This document shows, piece by piece, positions 48,686 through 62,170 of a stretch of DNA of 64,000 nt (positions within the stretch are counted from its first letter, which is position 1; every line of letters starts with the position of its first letter). The notes under the pieces were generated by a model that searched no databases, had not been told where the DNA came from, and was given only the letters and a program-made list of their open reading frames with translations. Source of the DNA: Lenisia limosa. Taxonomy: Eukaryota > Protista > Breviatea. The stretch is taken from assembly GCA_001655205.1 (NCBI GenBank), contig LPNZ01003549.1, positions 6,003-70,002 of the forward strand, given 5' to 3'. The position numbers and the translations under genes were made by a program.

Positions 48686-51169
48686 ATGCAGATTAAAGTG
48701 AAGACAACAACTCGTTTAGAGTTTGTTGTAGATGTAGAGCCATCCGAGACAGTATTTGGGGATTATGAGTAGTTTCTACCATTTGTGTCTTCATCAGCAA
48801 TGGTATCTTTTCCTGTAAGGCTTCTTTTTATTGATATTTAGTGAATTAAATGGGGATGTTTTGAAAGTAAAGCTTCAGGTGTCAGTCCTTCGTGAAAAGG
48901 TCATCGCAGCTCATCCTCCTTATGCCAACATGTCTTGTAGGCTTATCCTTGCAGGAACGGTTTTGAAGGTAAGTATTTAACTGTTCAATAAATGTTTTTA
49001 ATCTATTTGTCTATTTTCCCTTTTTCATTCTGTGGCATGTAATCGCGTTTTAGGATGAAACACTGGTGTCTGAGTTGAAGGTGTCTGATACCTCTTTCCT
49101 TGTTGCTATGCCCATGAAGGTTTGTTTGCCAAAGGAGATTGGTCTTTTAGTTGTGTTGAGTCGATATTCTGGCACATCTTCAAATTGATGTGGTGTAGAA
49201 GAAAGCAACGTCGTCGCCACCAGCAGCCCAAGTTGCGCCAGCACAGCCCACCCCGGTTACCCCTCCTGTGCCTGCTGTTGAAGAAAAGGCTGCGTCGGTG
49301 GAGTCAAAGATGGAGGCGGAAGATGATGCTGAAGGTAGGTTACAGAGAGTCAGACATTTCCTTTTCCTTTTTTTTTTTTTTTTTTTGNNNNNNNNNNNNN
49401 NNNNNNNNNNNNNNNNNNNNNNNNNNNNNNNNNNNNNNNNNNNNNNNNNNNNNNNNNNAAATGAAGATGCCAAAGAAAAAGAAAAGGAAGATATAAAGGA
49501 AGAAGTTGTTGCACCTAGCACGTTGGATAACAATTTATTTTTCAAATATCATTTTTCAGAGTTGACGCTGCCGCGTCTGCACTTGTGTCTGATGAGGCGG
49601 AGATTTCTTCAACGGTAAGTGGGGGGATTTCTATTTTGCTATCGCTTCTCAATTTTTTACCAAATAGGTCATGCAACTCATGGAAATTTCCGGAAAAGAC
49701 AAGGAAACCTGTGACAAGGCTCTGTACGCAGCCTATGGCAATCCAGACCGTGCGGTTGAGTATCTGTTCTCTGACCACATCCCCGAGAGAGCTGCACCAG
49801 TTATGCAACCAATGGTATTTTATTGACATTTGATTGACCAATCCAGGCTGGTCCAGGAATGGGCGCACAAGCGCATCCTGGGATGGGAGAAGATTCTGGG
49901 ATGGGGGATGACGAAGAAATGGGTTGGCATTTATGAACTATTTTTAACAAGTCAAAGGTGGCTTTGGAGAACTTGATGTGTCTAATCCTGAGGCCGCTTT
50001 CGAAGCTTTGAGAAATAATCCCCAGTTCAATGCTCTCAGGTTTGCTGTTGTCTGTTCATTGTATGACTACTTAGATTCCTTTGCCAATCCAACCCAGCCA
50101 TTACCCAACCCCTTATCGGACAAATTGCGGCATCCCATCCTGGCATGCTTCAGCTGATTCGTGACAACGGTGAACAGTTCATGGCTTTCCTTCAGGAGGT
50201 AAGCTGCTTTGTGGTCATCTGTATTATTCTGTGATGATTAGAACATGTGACTTTTGACTTTTTGGCAACATAGTATAGTGCAACAATTTGTTGTTTTCTC
50301 CCTGTTGCATATTTTGACGAGCACAAGGTGCTCTGGGCCTGACAGTGGTCTGGGGTGTTAAATGACCGCAATATCTCAGATATGTCACAAATGAATGATC
50401 CTTTTTGTTGCTGTTGCCATCAGTTGTGGCTCCTGTTACCCTCTAGCCATTGACAGAGGAACAAATGGCGCAGGCCACGCAAGAGTCACAGAGAATGATG
50501 GGACCGGCAATGGGCTCAGCAGACGCCGCATCCGCCGCTGTTGGTCTGTAGGGTTTTGTTAATGGCTCTTCACCAAGGAATTAACTCACTAGGAGCACCT
50601 GGAATGGGTGAACCTGGAATGGGAGAGCCGGGAATGGGCGAGGCCCCTCAAGGTGCACTTCCTCCTAATACTATTCAGGTTTGTATTTTCTGTTTCCTAA
50701 TGGCAGCACTCTAAATTTTTATTATATTTTATTTGATTTTTAATATTTTTATTATTATTATGATAGGTGACGGAAGCGGAAAAGGCTGCAATAGAAAGAG
50801 TAAGCTTCTTGTCAGTATGATACTCCCAAGTTGGGCTTCACTTCGGTTCCAAGAACCACTGCTAAATATCGATATTTCCCAAGTCTTTTTTAGACCGAGG
50901 TGAAGCCCAAACCAAACCACAATTACAAAACTTCAAGTTAAAGACTGGTCTGTTTTCTCAGATATTCTTTAGCTTTGTGAACTTGGATTCCCTCGTGAAG
51001 CTGCTATTCAAGCTTATTTCGCATGCGACAAGAACGAAGAAATGGCTGCTAACTTCCTTCGTATGTCTGGCTACTCTGTTTTGTGTTTTACTTTTGTGCT
51101 CTTTTTGCTTAATTCATACATAATAGTTAAACTCACAGTTTAGTTTCTACCATGGATGACTACATGTAA
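48686..51169 (+). CDS. RAD23: UV excision repair protein RAD23 (UBL-UBA-STI1/XPC-binding-UBA)
   Basis: MQIKVKT..VEPSET, RLILAGTVLK|DE, ALYAAYGNPDRAVEYLF, LRNNPQFNALR, LGFPREAAIQAYFACDKNEEMAANFL. Confidence 0.95.
50831..50910. mobile_element. hAT-like MITE, degenerate copy 2 (RAD23 intron)
   Basis: TTGGGCTTCACTTCGGTT...GACCGAGGTGAAGCCCAA has the same terminal repeat as copies 1 and 3. It is shorter and shows no recognisable target-site duplication. Confidence 0.7.
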
Positions 51170-52465
51170 ATCTTTGTTGTAATTTTCAATGCACTACTAT
51201 TCTTTAATAATTATCATGTTGAGGATTTCCTATACCGTTTGGAGTTACACTATTTCGTATTCAGAGTGTTTGTGATTTGCTGTTGCAACTACATTGCATT
51301 ATGGGTCGAAATACTAATAGAAGCACTTTTCGAGCTTCCGAGCTTGCAAGGACCTTGACAGTCGGTAAAAGTACAAAACCTCACAACCAAACCAGACCAG
51401 CCAAACCCACAAGAAAAAAATATCTTTCAAGCGCACAAGGCACACTATTTCCATAACCATCAACCACACCACACATTTCTCACATTTCATTTGCCAACTT
51501 GCCAACCAATCATACCTCCCCCCTCTCCCCCAAATCCCACATTCCTACCCATCATCAACTCATCATACATACATATCAAACTATCAAACAAACGTTGAAC
51601 AAACGTGCAAAAGTTGCTTATTGGCTTGTGTCTTAGTGTTGCATGAAAGAACCCAGAGAACACGAGAACACAACACATTAACCTGCCATCACAACTCCAG
51701 AGGAGGGTGGGAATGGTGGAACTAACTCTGATTGATGTGACCTTCGGGCCACCGGGTGTTCGAAACCCCACCATTTCATTTTTGTTAAGTAATTTCGTAA
51801 ATGGGGATCCGAGGTACTAGTTGCTAATTTTTTACCGTGAATTGATGATTTTTCACGACAACTCTCGTGCTTAAATTTACCCCCCAATTACCAGGTTTCA
51901 GCCCTCTGAGCCGTCCAGGTCTTACTCCTCTGGTTGGTTCAGAGGGGGTTTCAGCCAGGTTTCGTTTCTCTAAATATTACCGCAAAACAAAAACAATATT
52001 TCAAAATATGCCAAATCCCAAATCTAACAGATTAAGCAGTGCTTCATTGAGAAAAACCATGGGGTCTCTTCTCTATACTACCCATGAGAAAAACAACTCG
52101 CTCCACAAAACCCCTCTTCGTATATGAGCACTGGGAATCATCATAAAACATTGTAAACAATCACAAAAGCTCATGATCTTCAGAGTTGGACTCAAACTAG
52201 ATTTTTTCCCTTAACCAATCCTCGAATATTCTTATAATTAGAGTAGCTACAAAACTATGTACTTTTTTATTTGCGAATTGGAGTTTTGCATTTTTGGCCA
52301 GCAGTTGTCACCTCGGTTCCCCATCTAGTGATTTTACCTCCCATCTCCCATGTTTTCGCAGGGTTCAGTTCAGGTATTCAACACCTTCATTAAATATATT
52401 ATACTGTATATATTTATTGATTGAAATAATAAGGAGGTTTATTTGTTAAAGCAGTCCAAGTAACT

Positions 52466-55030
52466 ATGCTCCCAGATCTTGTCTCATCAGCTCTCTCCTT
52501 GATTATTTTGGAGAATTATGCTGCTGCTTCACGTCTTTTAACAGAGGTATACCGTTTAACTCTCAAAGCGTTTTTGATCTTACATTTAGGCTCTTGTTGT
52601 TTCTCATGGACTTCGAGGATTCATTCTTTCCCATCGCTCCAACAGCCGTCGTCTTTCCGGTGATATCGAGGGAAGCCTTGCTGACGCCAATGAGAGTCTT
52701 GCCATCAAACCAACTGCTTTTGCTTATTACATGAATGGGTATGTTGTCTGTCTGAGCTAATTACCTAGCCTTTCACTTTTTAGCATGGGTAGCTTCCAAG
52801 AGGCTCTGTCTGTCTTTGAAAATGTAGAAGTAGGCTTTGAAGAACAACTATCAACACTTTTAAATCACGTTACCCTGACTATGAAGGTAGCAGAGCCATC
52901 AGAGGACCATAGTTCAGGGCTTTACAAGAACTACAATATGATGTAAGTTTGTTATTTTGAGTTTATGCACCAGTGAGGATGAAGCTATCATTTTGTCAGC
53001 CAAAAGATGGATCATGAAGTGCCGTGTGGAGCTTGGTAGGGTAATAAAAAAATATAATGGTTGTAGAATTAGATGAACAAGTTACCCGATCTGCAAACGA
53101 GTCCGTAATTAATGAGGTTTGTCATCCCTTTAAGGATCTTATTGAAGACATTATCAAAGTATTAAAATAAAATAGAATCTAAAGGATAAACGGTAACACA
53201 CCGTTTATTTCAAGATTGAAATTACTCTTTCCAGAACTATTTCAAATAAAACATCCTTTGATGGTACTGGGGTTATTTCTTTAGAAAACCCAGAAGGTTG
53301 TTGAAGAAGCTGCTGAGAGAATCAAACAACAAGAACCAGAAGCCCCAAGGTAGGTAGAAATTAAAGTCCAGTCAACCTTTAGGAGTAGTGGAGGTGCTAT
53401 CAAACAGCGCGTTGACAAATACTCGTTTGAGGGTTTTGGATGGTAATTCATGGAATTGCAATTTTATTTATAGTATTATAATATCATATTGTACATGTGC
53501 ATGTGAGTGTTTAACCAAACAGGAGGGACTTCTATCAGACATCAAGCCACGTCACTATCGCCATCTATATTAAGGGAATTGAAAGTGACGGATCAACTAT
53601 CGAGTTCGATAACAATGAGGTATGTTAGCGTAGTGATCTTCATCTCTTCACTTTAGATGTCTGTTGATCTGCAACTTCCGAACGGTTCTCGTTATATGAT
53701 GGAAGTAGACTTGGCTGGACCTATCATTCCCTTTGAATCGAAGGTGAGTCTGAACGGAAAATGATTGAAGTCAAATAACAGTTTTATGTGATGGCATTAT
53801 TCCATAGTCATCAAGCTTCAGTTTTTTTCCTCGTTTATTCTTTCAGTATACAATTTCTGCGTCAAAGATTGAAATCGTTTTGAAAAAGGCCGATTCAAGG
53901 AAGTGGAAAGCACTGGAGAGAAGTGAGGCCGACCAAAGTTGGAATACTCAACATGAAACAAGTTTTAACAGTTTAGTTGCTGAGCAGAAGCCATCATACC
54001 CTTCTTCATGTAGGTTTTAGAATTTGTGATTATATGGTTCAGTCCTTTTTTTTATTTTTTTGAAAAAAAAACAAATTGCGTAAATCTGGAATGTGACTAT
54101 CTGAGGCGCTAAGAGGCCAAATATAGACAATATGGCTGTATTGGTTTTGCATCAAACACAAAAAAGGTGAAAAAAGAGCAAACCCCCAAAAACTTCAAAA
54201 ATTGGAACATGGAAATAACCTTTTCCATATAAATTACTGTATTTTTACTATAAGAAAAGCCCAACGCCGTGACTCAGGTGTTTTCCATTCAAATTCCCCC
54301 TCGTTTTTTCCCACAAGGTTGTCTTCCTTTTGTTACATGGAGTTTTCTTTTGAGCAAAACATTCGTTCGCTTCACAAAGTGTTTTCCGGCCAGAAAGCTC
54401 CATGTAAAAAGAAAAGAAAACCACTCCCAGGAAAAGGGGTTGGGGTTTTCTTCTTGTAAAACTACCCTGTGGAATTATTCCGAAGAGTCATTTAGATTGC
54501 CATATTTACTTATTTTTCATGGTTGGACTGTTTATTTATGAAAAAATACCTTGTGGAATTATCCTGAAGGGTCATTTTAATTGCCCAATTTTTCAAAATA
54601 AAAAGAAAAGGACTGAACCACCTTTAGTCTAATCATGTAGCGAAGAACAAGAAGGATTGGGCAAAAGTGAATAAAGAGTCAGAGGAGGCAACGAAAGGTG
54701 ATGATGAAGGTGATGAGCTTAATGCCCTCTTGAAGGTATATATAATACATGTACACGTAGTGTATATGTACCAGGTGCTGGTTTCTAAAGTAATGCGTTC
54801 AGGGTATCTACAGCAATGCTACCGAAGAAACCAGAAGAGCAATGAATAAATCATTTGTAAGCTGTTATTTAACTGAATGAGTTATTTTATGGTGTAGTCC
54901 GAGTCAGGCGGAACAGTGTTGTCCACAAGTTGGAAAGATGTCGGGTATAAGAACATTGACCCCACACCGCCAGAAGGTTTGTTGAATCCTTTCTTTTCAC
55001 CATATAGGAATGGAGGCAGTCAAGTACTAG
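52466..55030 (+). CDS. SGT1: SGT1/SUGT1 HSP90 co-chaperone (TPR-CS-SGS)
   Basis: TPR-like 5' exons; CS domain with KIEIVLKKA..WKALE; SGS domain YPSSSKNKKDWAK, GDELNALLK, ETRRAMNKSF, ESGGTVLSTSWKDVG, PPEGME. Confidence 0.93.
54035..54620. mobile_element. 586-bp non-coding foldback element filling an SGT1 intron
   Basis: About 30-bp terminal inverted repeats TGGTTCAGTCCTTTTTTTTATTTTTTTGAAAAA / TTTTTCAAAATAAAAAGAAAAGGACTGAACCA. Internal ~35-bp direct repeat (TGTGGAATTAT..GAAG.GTCATTT..ATTGCC) and an inverted pair TTACATGGAG/CTCCATGTAA. Confidence 0.72.
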
Positions 55031-55233
55031 GAACTAATGGGGTTTTTTTTTCCTAAATGTATCATATTAGGTAACGTTTAGTCACATATTTATTCAATAA
55101 CTCAATCGCATTTGCATATGATATTTCCGATATCAATATCAATATGTATTCATTAAGAATAATAACAACAATGATACAGACGCAAATCCTCTATCACACT
55201 CTACAATCCCTTCAAAGAGCAGATAACCAAAAA

Positions 55234-57778
55234 TCATGTGACCTCTGGTTCATCTTTCGGGGACAAGCCAAACAAATATCTAAACGTCTTGGTTCTTGCC
55301 ACAAATGCAAGAGAAAGACTGAGAACTGACGTTGCTGTGAAGTAGATTTGAAGTAACTGTGCATCAGTCTTGTATTATGAAAGTAACCTACCGAAGGGAA
55401 TTTGGCTGTGATTGGAATGGACAGAAAGGCAAGGTATGATAATGTATGAGCAAGCTGCGGGGACGTTTTTTTCTAAAGTCATAATTTAAACCTCTATGAT
55501 ACTATCGAAAGTGATGCAACCCATTATTTCGTGCTCACAAGTGCTGATCGAATGCCCAATGCCATTGACACTGCAGATATTGAGGGAAGTAGCATTAAAG
55601 GGTCTGGGTCAGACAGGTTAGCGAGATGCCCAAATGACTCTGATGACAGGAGCGCTGAATGTAAATTAAGCAGAAAGATATAACTTACCAGTAGACTCGG
55701 TAGAATTATCCAACTAAATCGTGAGAATAATGAAAAGAGTAAAATTACAATCATATCATATGATATCGATAATATTAGTACATCATATGATATGTAAACA
55801 TACAGGCAACAGTCCTTCAAGTCCTTTTGGAAGAAAAGTTGAAGATAAGCTACCTAAGATGTCAATCTTAGCCAACAATAATATTGATCTTACCAAAAAG
55901 GGGTGGATCTGAAGAGAGAATATCCGAAATATCCTCGGCCTAAAAACAGTTAGTCCAAGTGCTTTTACTTTATACTCCTCAACAAAACATGCTACTTTTC
56001 TTAATCAGAAATTTTAAAGACAAAATATATCTTATGTTCTGCAGAAAGGACGCAGTTTTGGTACATTCGCATTGTCATTATTTTACAGAGCCTCCCCCCC
56101 CCTCTATGATTGAATAAAGACAACCACCCACATTAATACCACCTTGCGGGGGTTTCGCGACTGATGATTTTAGAATAGACAACTGTGGTTGATATAGCGT
56201 AGAACTAATAAACCGAAGAGAATTGAAAACTCCAACAAAAATTGGGACTGTAATCATGAGTGATAAAGCTGATCACTTACGCTGTATGAAAGGAGCAAGC
56301 GTTTGGCCAATCATATTAATACCTTTTGAATCCAAAAAATCCTGGGGCTATGACATTCAAAAAAAACTACTAACCGATAGCTCGGTTTGAGCTTCTTGAA
56401 GACACTGTTCATTTCCAGTGGACTTGTATTTCCTGCCAAGTGATTGATATTGAATAAAGTCTCCCAACAATGTTCCTGGGGACAAAGTATTTAGGTATTT
56501 CCTTCGTTGAGGGTATATGAGCTAATATACTATATTGTCATAGCTAGGGCTTTACTTCGGTTCGAAAAAAGACCGATACAATATCGATAGTTTTCGAGGA
56601 TTTATAGAAAAATTCAGTCTTTTTTCGAACCGAAGTGAAGCCCTAATCATAGCCATTCCATTCCCACAGAATTGAAGCGTTAAGTTCGGCTATTTCAGGT
56701 GCAAATTCGGCCATACGGCTGTTAATCCTGAGCTGAACAGTTAATATTACCCCAAAAAAATATATCATCTCATATAATACATGTACAATATCATAAGACA
56801 ATAAAATTAATTTCATCATATAAATAGTAAGTTGAACGTCAACATTTCTCGTGCATACAGTATAGAGATAGATCGGCCAAGTGATGACCTTGACAGCAAG
56901 GGCAGTAGCAATTGCAGTTCCACCCCATGAGAGCCCTGTTGTTACCTGAAGATGACCACCAGAACCAATCAAACCTTAAGAGCTTCCAAGAAAGGTACAA
57001 GACTTGGGACAGCAGTAGGGGCATGGTAGTTACGAATCTGCGATGACGCACGGAAGATAGAAAAGTTGTTCGTCCTTGAGGCAGTATTAACGTATCTGGT
57101 GAAAGAACAACAACTTCTCAGTACGCTTGGGGCAGAGGGCTGGAGAGGAATAAGCTGAACAATTGCGGATGGCTTAGTTCTTCGTAAGCGTGGAAGAGAA
57201 CGTAATCTGTTGGTGATAGATAGCCGAGTATTACGGTGCTTTAGAATAGAAACTACAGATTGATGAAGGTCCTTGTAACGCTGTGTTCGCATCGTTGATT
57301 GGAATATTGATTTTGAATTGCTCGCTGAACTAAATAAAAAGACTGGTGACTGCCTCAATATCTTAATTGGAGTTCGGATCAATGACACATTCTGTGAAAC
57401 TGCCTCTTTCATTCCAGCCACCAGGTGCCGTACAAGCATTCCGTAAACAAATCGCTGCGAAAGCACGGTAAACGCAAGTTGCTTGAAGATCGAAGTTTTT
57501 ACAATGAAGCTTGGCAAGTCAAGCTTCTTCGTCAGTGTTGAAAAAACCGCTTCTTGGAAGGCTGGTGTCTGGATGAGACGATCTGAGAATCGTTGTGGAG
57601 GCTGGGCACGATTGAAGAGATAGTAAATTGAAGCTGAGGGCGTCTCTCTTTGATGGTGATATGGTTTGACAAAAGAAAAGGGGAGGCGTCTTGTTTGTGT
57701 CGAAACCAAAACCTTCTGGATTATGGAGCTTTTAGCTGACATTGATGAGAAGGAGAAGAGAAGCCTTTTTGCACTCAT
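55234..57778 (-). CDS. OXA1: Oxa1/YidC-family mitochondrial inner-membrane insertase; 3' end approximate
   Basis: TGLSWGGTAIATALAVKVITWPIY, APFIQ|LPIFVGVFNSLR, LANLSDPDPLMLLP, LSIPITAKFPS, IYFTATSVLS. Confidence 0.85.
56545..56645. mobile_element. hAT-like MITE, copy 3 (OXA1 intron)
   Basis: 29-bp terminal inverted repeat with one mismatch, TAGGGCTTTACTTCGGTTCGAAAAAAGAC / GTCTTTTTTCGAACCGAAGTGAAGCCCTA. Flanks GTCATAGC and ATCATAGC match at 7 of 8 bp. Confidence 0.87.
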
Positions 57779-58663
57779 CTGGAAAAAAATTAGAAGGGGA
57801 AAAAAGCACTGACCTTGGAAAGAAAACTTTTGAGAAGCAAGGGGTTAGCCATCAACTTTATAGAGTTAAAATAATAACTTGTGAGAGTGAATGGTGTCAG
57901 TTAAAATATCCTCCTCCCCCGCTCAATTAGAAGGAGCTGCTGGGCGTATAGAAGGAGAGGAAGAGGCAAGGCAGGGGAGGGGAGGAGGGGGGAGAGGCAG
58001 AGGGGAGTGGGATATAGGGATGGGTGGATTAACACCCACTTATCCCTGACTTATCCTCCAATATATATTGTTGTCTCAGATGTGGGGGCAATGCAGGGGC
58101 AACATTTCCACAAACGGGACACACATTACCCCATGACGCCGGCGGGTAGTTTCTCGGATTAGTCCCTTCCTTATATGAGACCCGGGGCGCCCCGGGAAAT
58201 TAACNNNNNNNNNNNNNNNNNNNNNNNNNNNNNNNNNNNNNNNNNNNNNNNNNNNNGAATAGTGGTATGTGACTCGTTAAAAAAAAAATAGGTGTTGTTA
58301 GTGGTTAAGTTATCTTGAGAGATTCGTTTATCACAGTCAGTCCCGACTATTCGCTTGCTGATTCGTTTTGGAGTACGAAGAGTTTCTATCGGTTTCTCTA
58401 TTACTCTGGTTTGTGTAATTTGAGCATTTTTGGAACCTATGACGGTTTCATTTGTTTTCTAACTTTCCTCCCCCTTTCTTCCAGGCCTGTTTCAAAGGTT
58501 TGTGGGTTTAGAATACGGATACGATGATAAAGAAGGCATTTGAACGTTTGGACCTGGTGTTTTTTTCTTTGAAGATATTCGATATTCACACTTCTTTTCT
58601 TCTCTCTATTTTTATCATTTTAGAAGCTAGTGCTGGTTTCTATCAGTTGGAGAAGTCAACAAA

Positions 58664-61600
58664 ATGAATGGTAGGTTGTCAATACATACAGGTTGTCTTT
58701 TGAAAACAGTTAATAGTGTAGAACATGATGAAATGGAGATGGACATGAGTGATGATGAGACACAGCAAACAGTCCCACCTCCCGTTACTCAGCCTCCTAT
58801 TCCCCCTCCCAATGGTGAGTGACTTACCACTTCTTTCATTGTTACAACCTGTTACAACATAGCTACCAACGCAAGTAGTGGCATGAACCGCCTTGACCAG
58901 ATGCAACAAGCCCGGCTTCAGCAAATGAGTGGTTTGCTGGAAGACAATTGCATGCGTTTTGTATTGCTTTTCTTACTATTAAGGAGGTCCTATTGGTCCA
59001 CCTCCTGGAATGGGATTCCCTCAAAATAGAATGCCAAATCCCAATATGATGAACCAATCTATGAACATGAACCCCCAAATGGGCATGAACCAAATGAACC
59101 AAATGATGCCCCCACTGCCGATGCCTATGGGAATGGGAATGGGTATGGGTATGAATCCTCAGATGCAATGCAACATGATGCCCAATATGCCTGGCATTAG
59201 CATGCCCCAAGGGAATATGTTTATGCAAATGCAGCAACAGCCTCCCCAAGGACCCCCTAAAGTACCAAATTTAGGGCCTACTGAGCCCCCTCAGAAGACA
59301 CCTCTAGCAGCAGTGCCCTCTCAGCCAATTGAAAACGCCAACAGAAGTGTGTCCCATCCAATGCAGCGAATCGACCAGTCCAACACGCGCCAAACTCTCC
59401 AGAACGTTACTCCTGAAATGGTTCGTCGAAACATGGCCCGTAAAATGGGTGGCGCAGGGGGAATGTGGGGCTCTGAGCCTGCAACTCTTGCACAACAGAC
59501 AGGTGAGACTGGACCGTTTTTGTGCTTTATGATTTTGGTCATTCTGCCTTTATTCTGTAGCACCACCCGATGAGATTAACGATGACTCTATGGTGAGTCT
59601 TGCACCAAGGGTGGACAAGTTGTTTACCCATGTAGGTCATGAGTCACACGTCAGCGACCCCTTTCGAAGCATCACAAATACAAAGACAGAACATTCTGAC
59701 AAACTACCAAGAGCTGATGGTTTGTTTGTCTTGACCCTTACTCTTTAGATCAAGCAGCAGGCTCTTCAGCAGCAGATCCAGTTAGCACGGGTGCATCCAG
59801 ATTCAGATGAGAAGGGCTCTATTGCTCAGCAGCATTTGAACGAACTTGAGGCAGAGAACCAAATGACACTCCAGTCCATGGAAGAGCTTCAGGTAACCTA
59901 CCTCCTGCTTAGTGCTTATCCACTAGACTCGAATGAGTGAGTTGTTGAACATGGAGCAGTATGCAGCCCAGAACCAGGCCTTCCTCACCCAGGAATGGGT
60001 GTCTCGTGCTGAACAGGTGCAGGAACCGAAGAAGAAAGAGGTTCGAACTGAAGTTCCTTTCCACACTTTAACATGTTCATTTCTTGACCCCCCCCCCCCA
60101 GCTTCCGAGCTGGTTGAAGGAAGCAATGGCTGAAAAGAAAATGATGAAACAAACAGAGGAGAACAAAGAAAGTTTGTTCCACACGCGTTGATCTAACACC
60201 TTGTAGAGAACAAGTCCATATCAGGATACGACCTTGTGAGTAACGTCAGAAGATCACCAACCCCCGAAGCTCCCGATGGCTACTACGAAGGAATTGGAGG
60301 ATCTGCTGCTGCCGTCGCCGTATGTTGTTGTTGTATATGATGGGTTAATTATCTAGGCCCGCGAAGAAGCCGCTCTTTTGAAGGATCCAGAGTTCCTTGA
60401 ATTGAAGAAGAAGTATACGGTATGGACCGGTAGCAAGAGATACGATGCTGGATTTGAATGACGACATAGATGCCCGCAGTAAAGCGAATGATGACTTCGA
60501 TTCTCTTGTCAGTTACAGATATGATGATCAAACACGTTGCTGAAGAAGCTGTCAGAGGTGAGTTCACGGTCATTGTGTTACCTCCTAAGGACCTGAACCC
60601 GAAGAGACTGTGATTGGCCCCGGAATGTTCTTTATCAAGAAACAGCCCGAGACGACGTCCGTCATTTCAACTGATGGCAAAGTCGACTTCAAGCCTCCTG
60701 TCGTAAGGCACACATGGCTGTTTTCTTACACCCAGGACCTTACCTCAGAGAAGAAGCAAGGCAACGTTGGTATTCTCCCTGGACCTTTAGCCCAGCCAAA
60801 AAAATCAAGCCTTAAAGCCCCCTCAAAGTAGGCTACATATATAGCTATATCCAGAAAACAAGTTAACCAGCAGACTTGACGTGGGTGGTGCGAGGCCTAA
60901 CCTTCGTTGGAGAGATGGAGGCTCCGGTGACAATGACGGTAAAGGTGATGGCCTTTCCGGGGCCCCGTGTCGCCAGAAGGTCGGGGGAGGGGGATATAGT
61001 GAGGATGTTGAAAATGCTGTTTTTACTACTTAGGACCCAACGCGTGTAGTTCGAACTGTCCTCCCCCTTCAAGACGATGACGAAGACGAAGGTCTGCTGG
61101 CCCCGAATTCACCAGAGTTAACCGCTGCGGAGCTGTATTCCAAACCCATCATTCGAGATGAGATCGAGCTGAGTGAAAGTAGCGATAGTGAAGACAGCGA
61201 TGCCCCTCGCACACGGCGATTCCGTTCACCACCGCCCTCCGTCGCGGCTACTGAACACAGTAACACTGGACCGTCGGATCTTGTCGATGTTTCCGAAGAG
61301 CCGGAAGAAGAGAACTCCATTGTTGAGAATCAGGCTGTTGACCCCATCACGATTGCCTCACCGGCGGCACCGTCGCACTTGAGCACCATCACTTCCAGTG
61401 CTCCGATGACCGACACCAAGTCGTTCAGTGGTTTCAAGAGCAAAGGAAAGGAGAATGAAGATGGCAAAAGCCCTTCGCCGAAAAGGAGAAGACGAAGCCC
61501 CTCACCCAAACGCAGGAGAAGCAGAAGTATTACGCCAACACGCGAATCTACTCGCAGAGCTCGCACACCTTCACCTCCAAGATCACCAAGATCGCCTCCC

Positions 61601-62170
61601 CCAACTTACCGCAAGTCCACTAAAGTGGACTTACCCAAACAGGACGGAGAGAAGTCAAAGGAAGCAGCAGCAGTAAGTGAAATTATCCGCAACCTCAGAG
61701 CCGACCGTAGGGAAATGGCCAGGCATAAGGACAAGGAATCCCGAGATGAAGACAAGAAAACTGAGAGACGACGGGACTACGAAGACAGAGATGAGGAGAA
61801 AAGAAGAAGCAGGAGACATAGAGATGATGAGAATGATGACAGAAGGAGAAGGGATGACAGGGGTAGGAGAGATGACAGAGGAAGGGATGATGACAGAAGG
61901 GATGATAGAAGAAGGGATGACAGAAGAGATGACAGAAGGAGAAGGGATGATGAACGAAGAGAATCAAGAAAATCAAGGTTGGTTTTTCTTGTATTTTTTT
62001 TTTATTTTTTATTTTTTTATTGTGTTTCAATGGTAGTTAACCACTTAGGCGATCAAGGTCTCGATCCCGTAGCCCAAGAAGGTTGGTGTTTCTGCCCCCC
62101 ACACACACACACACAATCACACCCTCTTTTCTCCCCTCCTCACTTGTTATTCTTATACTTCAGGCGGTAG
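58664..62170 (+). CDS. PNISR: PNISR/SFRS18-like SR-rich nuclear protein
   Basis: M/P/Q-rich N-terminus, LPSWLKEAMAEK (compare PNISR LPAWIREGLEK), VTDMMIKHVAEEAVR (compare VTDEEIYYVAKDAHR), RD-rich block and a spliced RSRSRSRSPRRR* terminus. Confidence 0.7.

Noticed and set aside
51300-52400. Possible small minus-strand gene between RAD23 and SGT1
   Set aside because: The short ORFs show no recognisable motif and I could not join them in consistent phase. A small gene remains possible.
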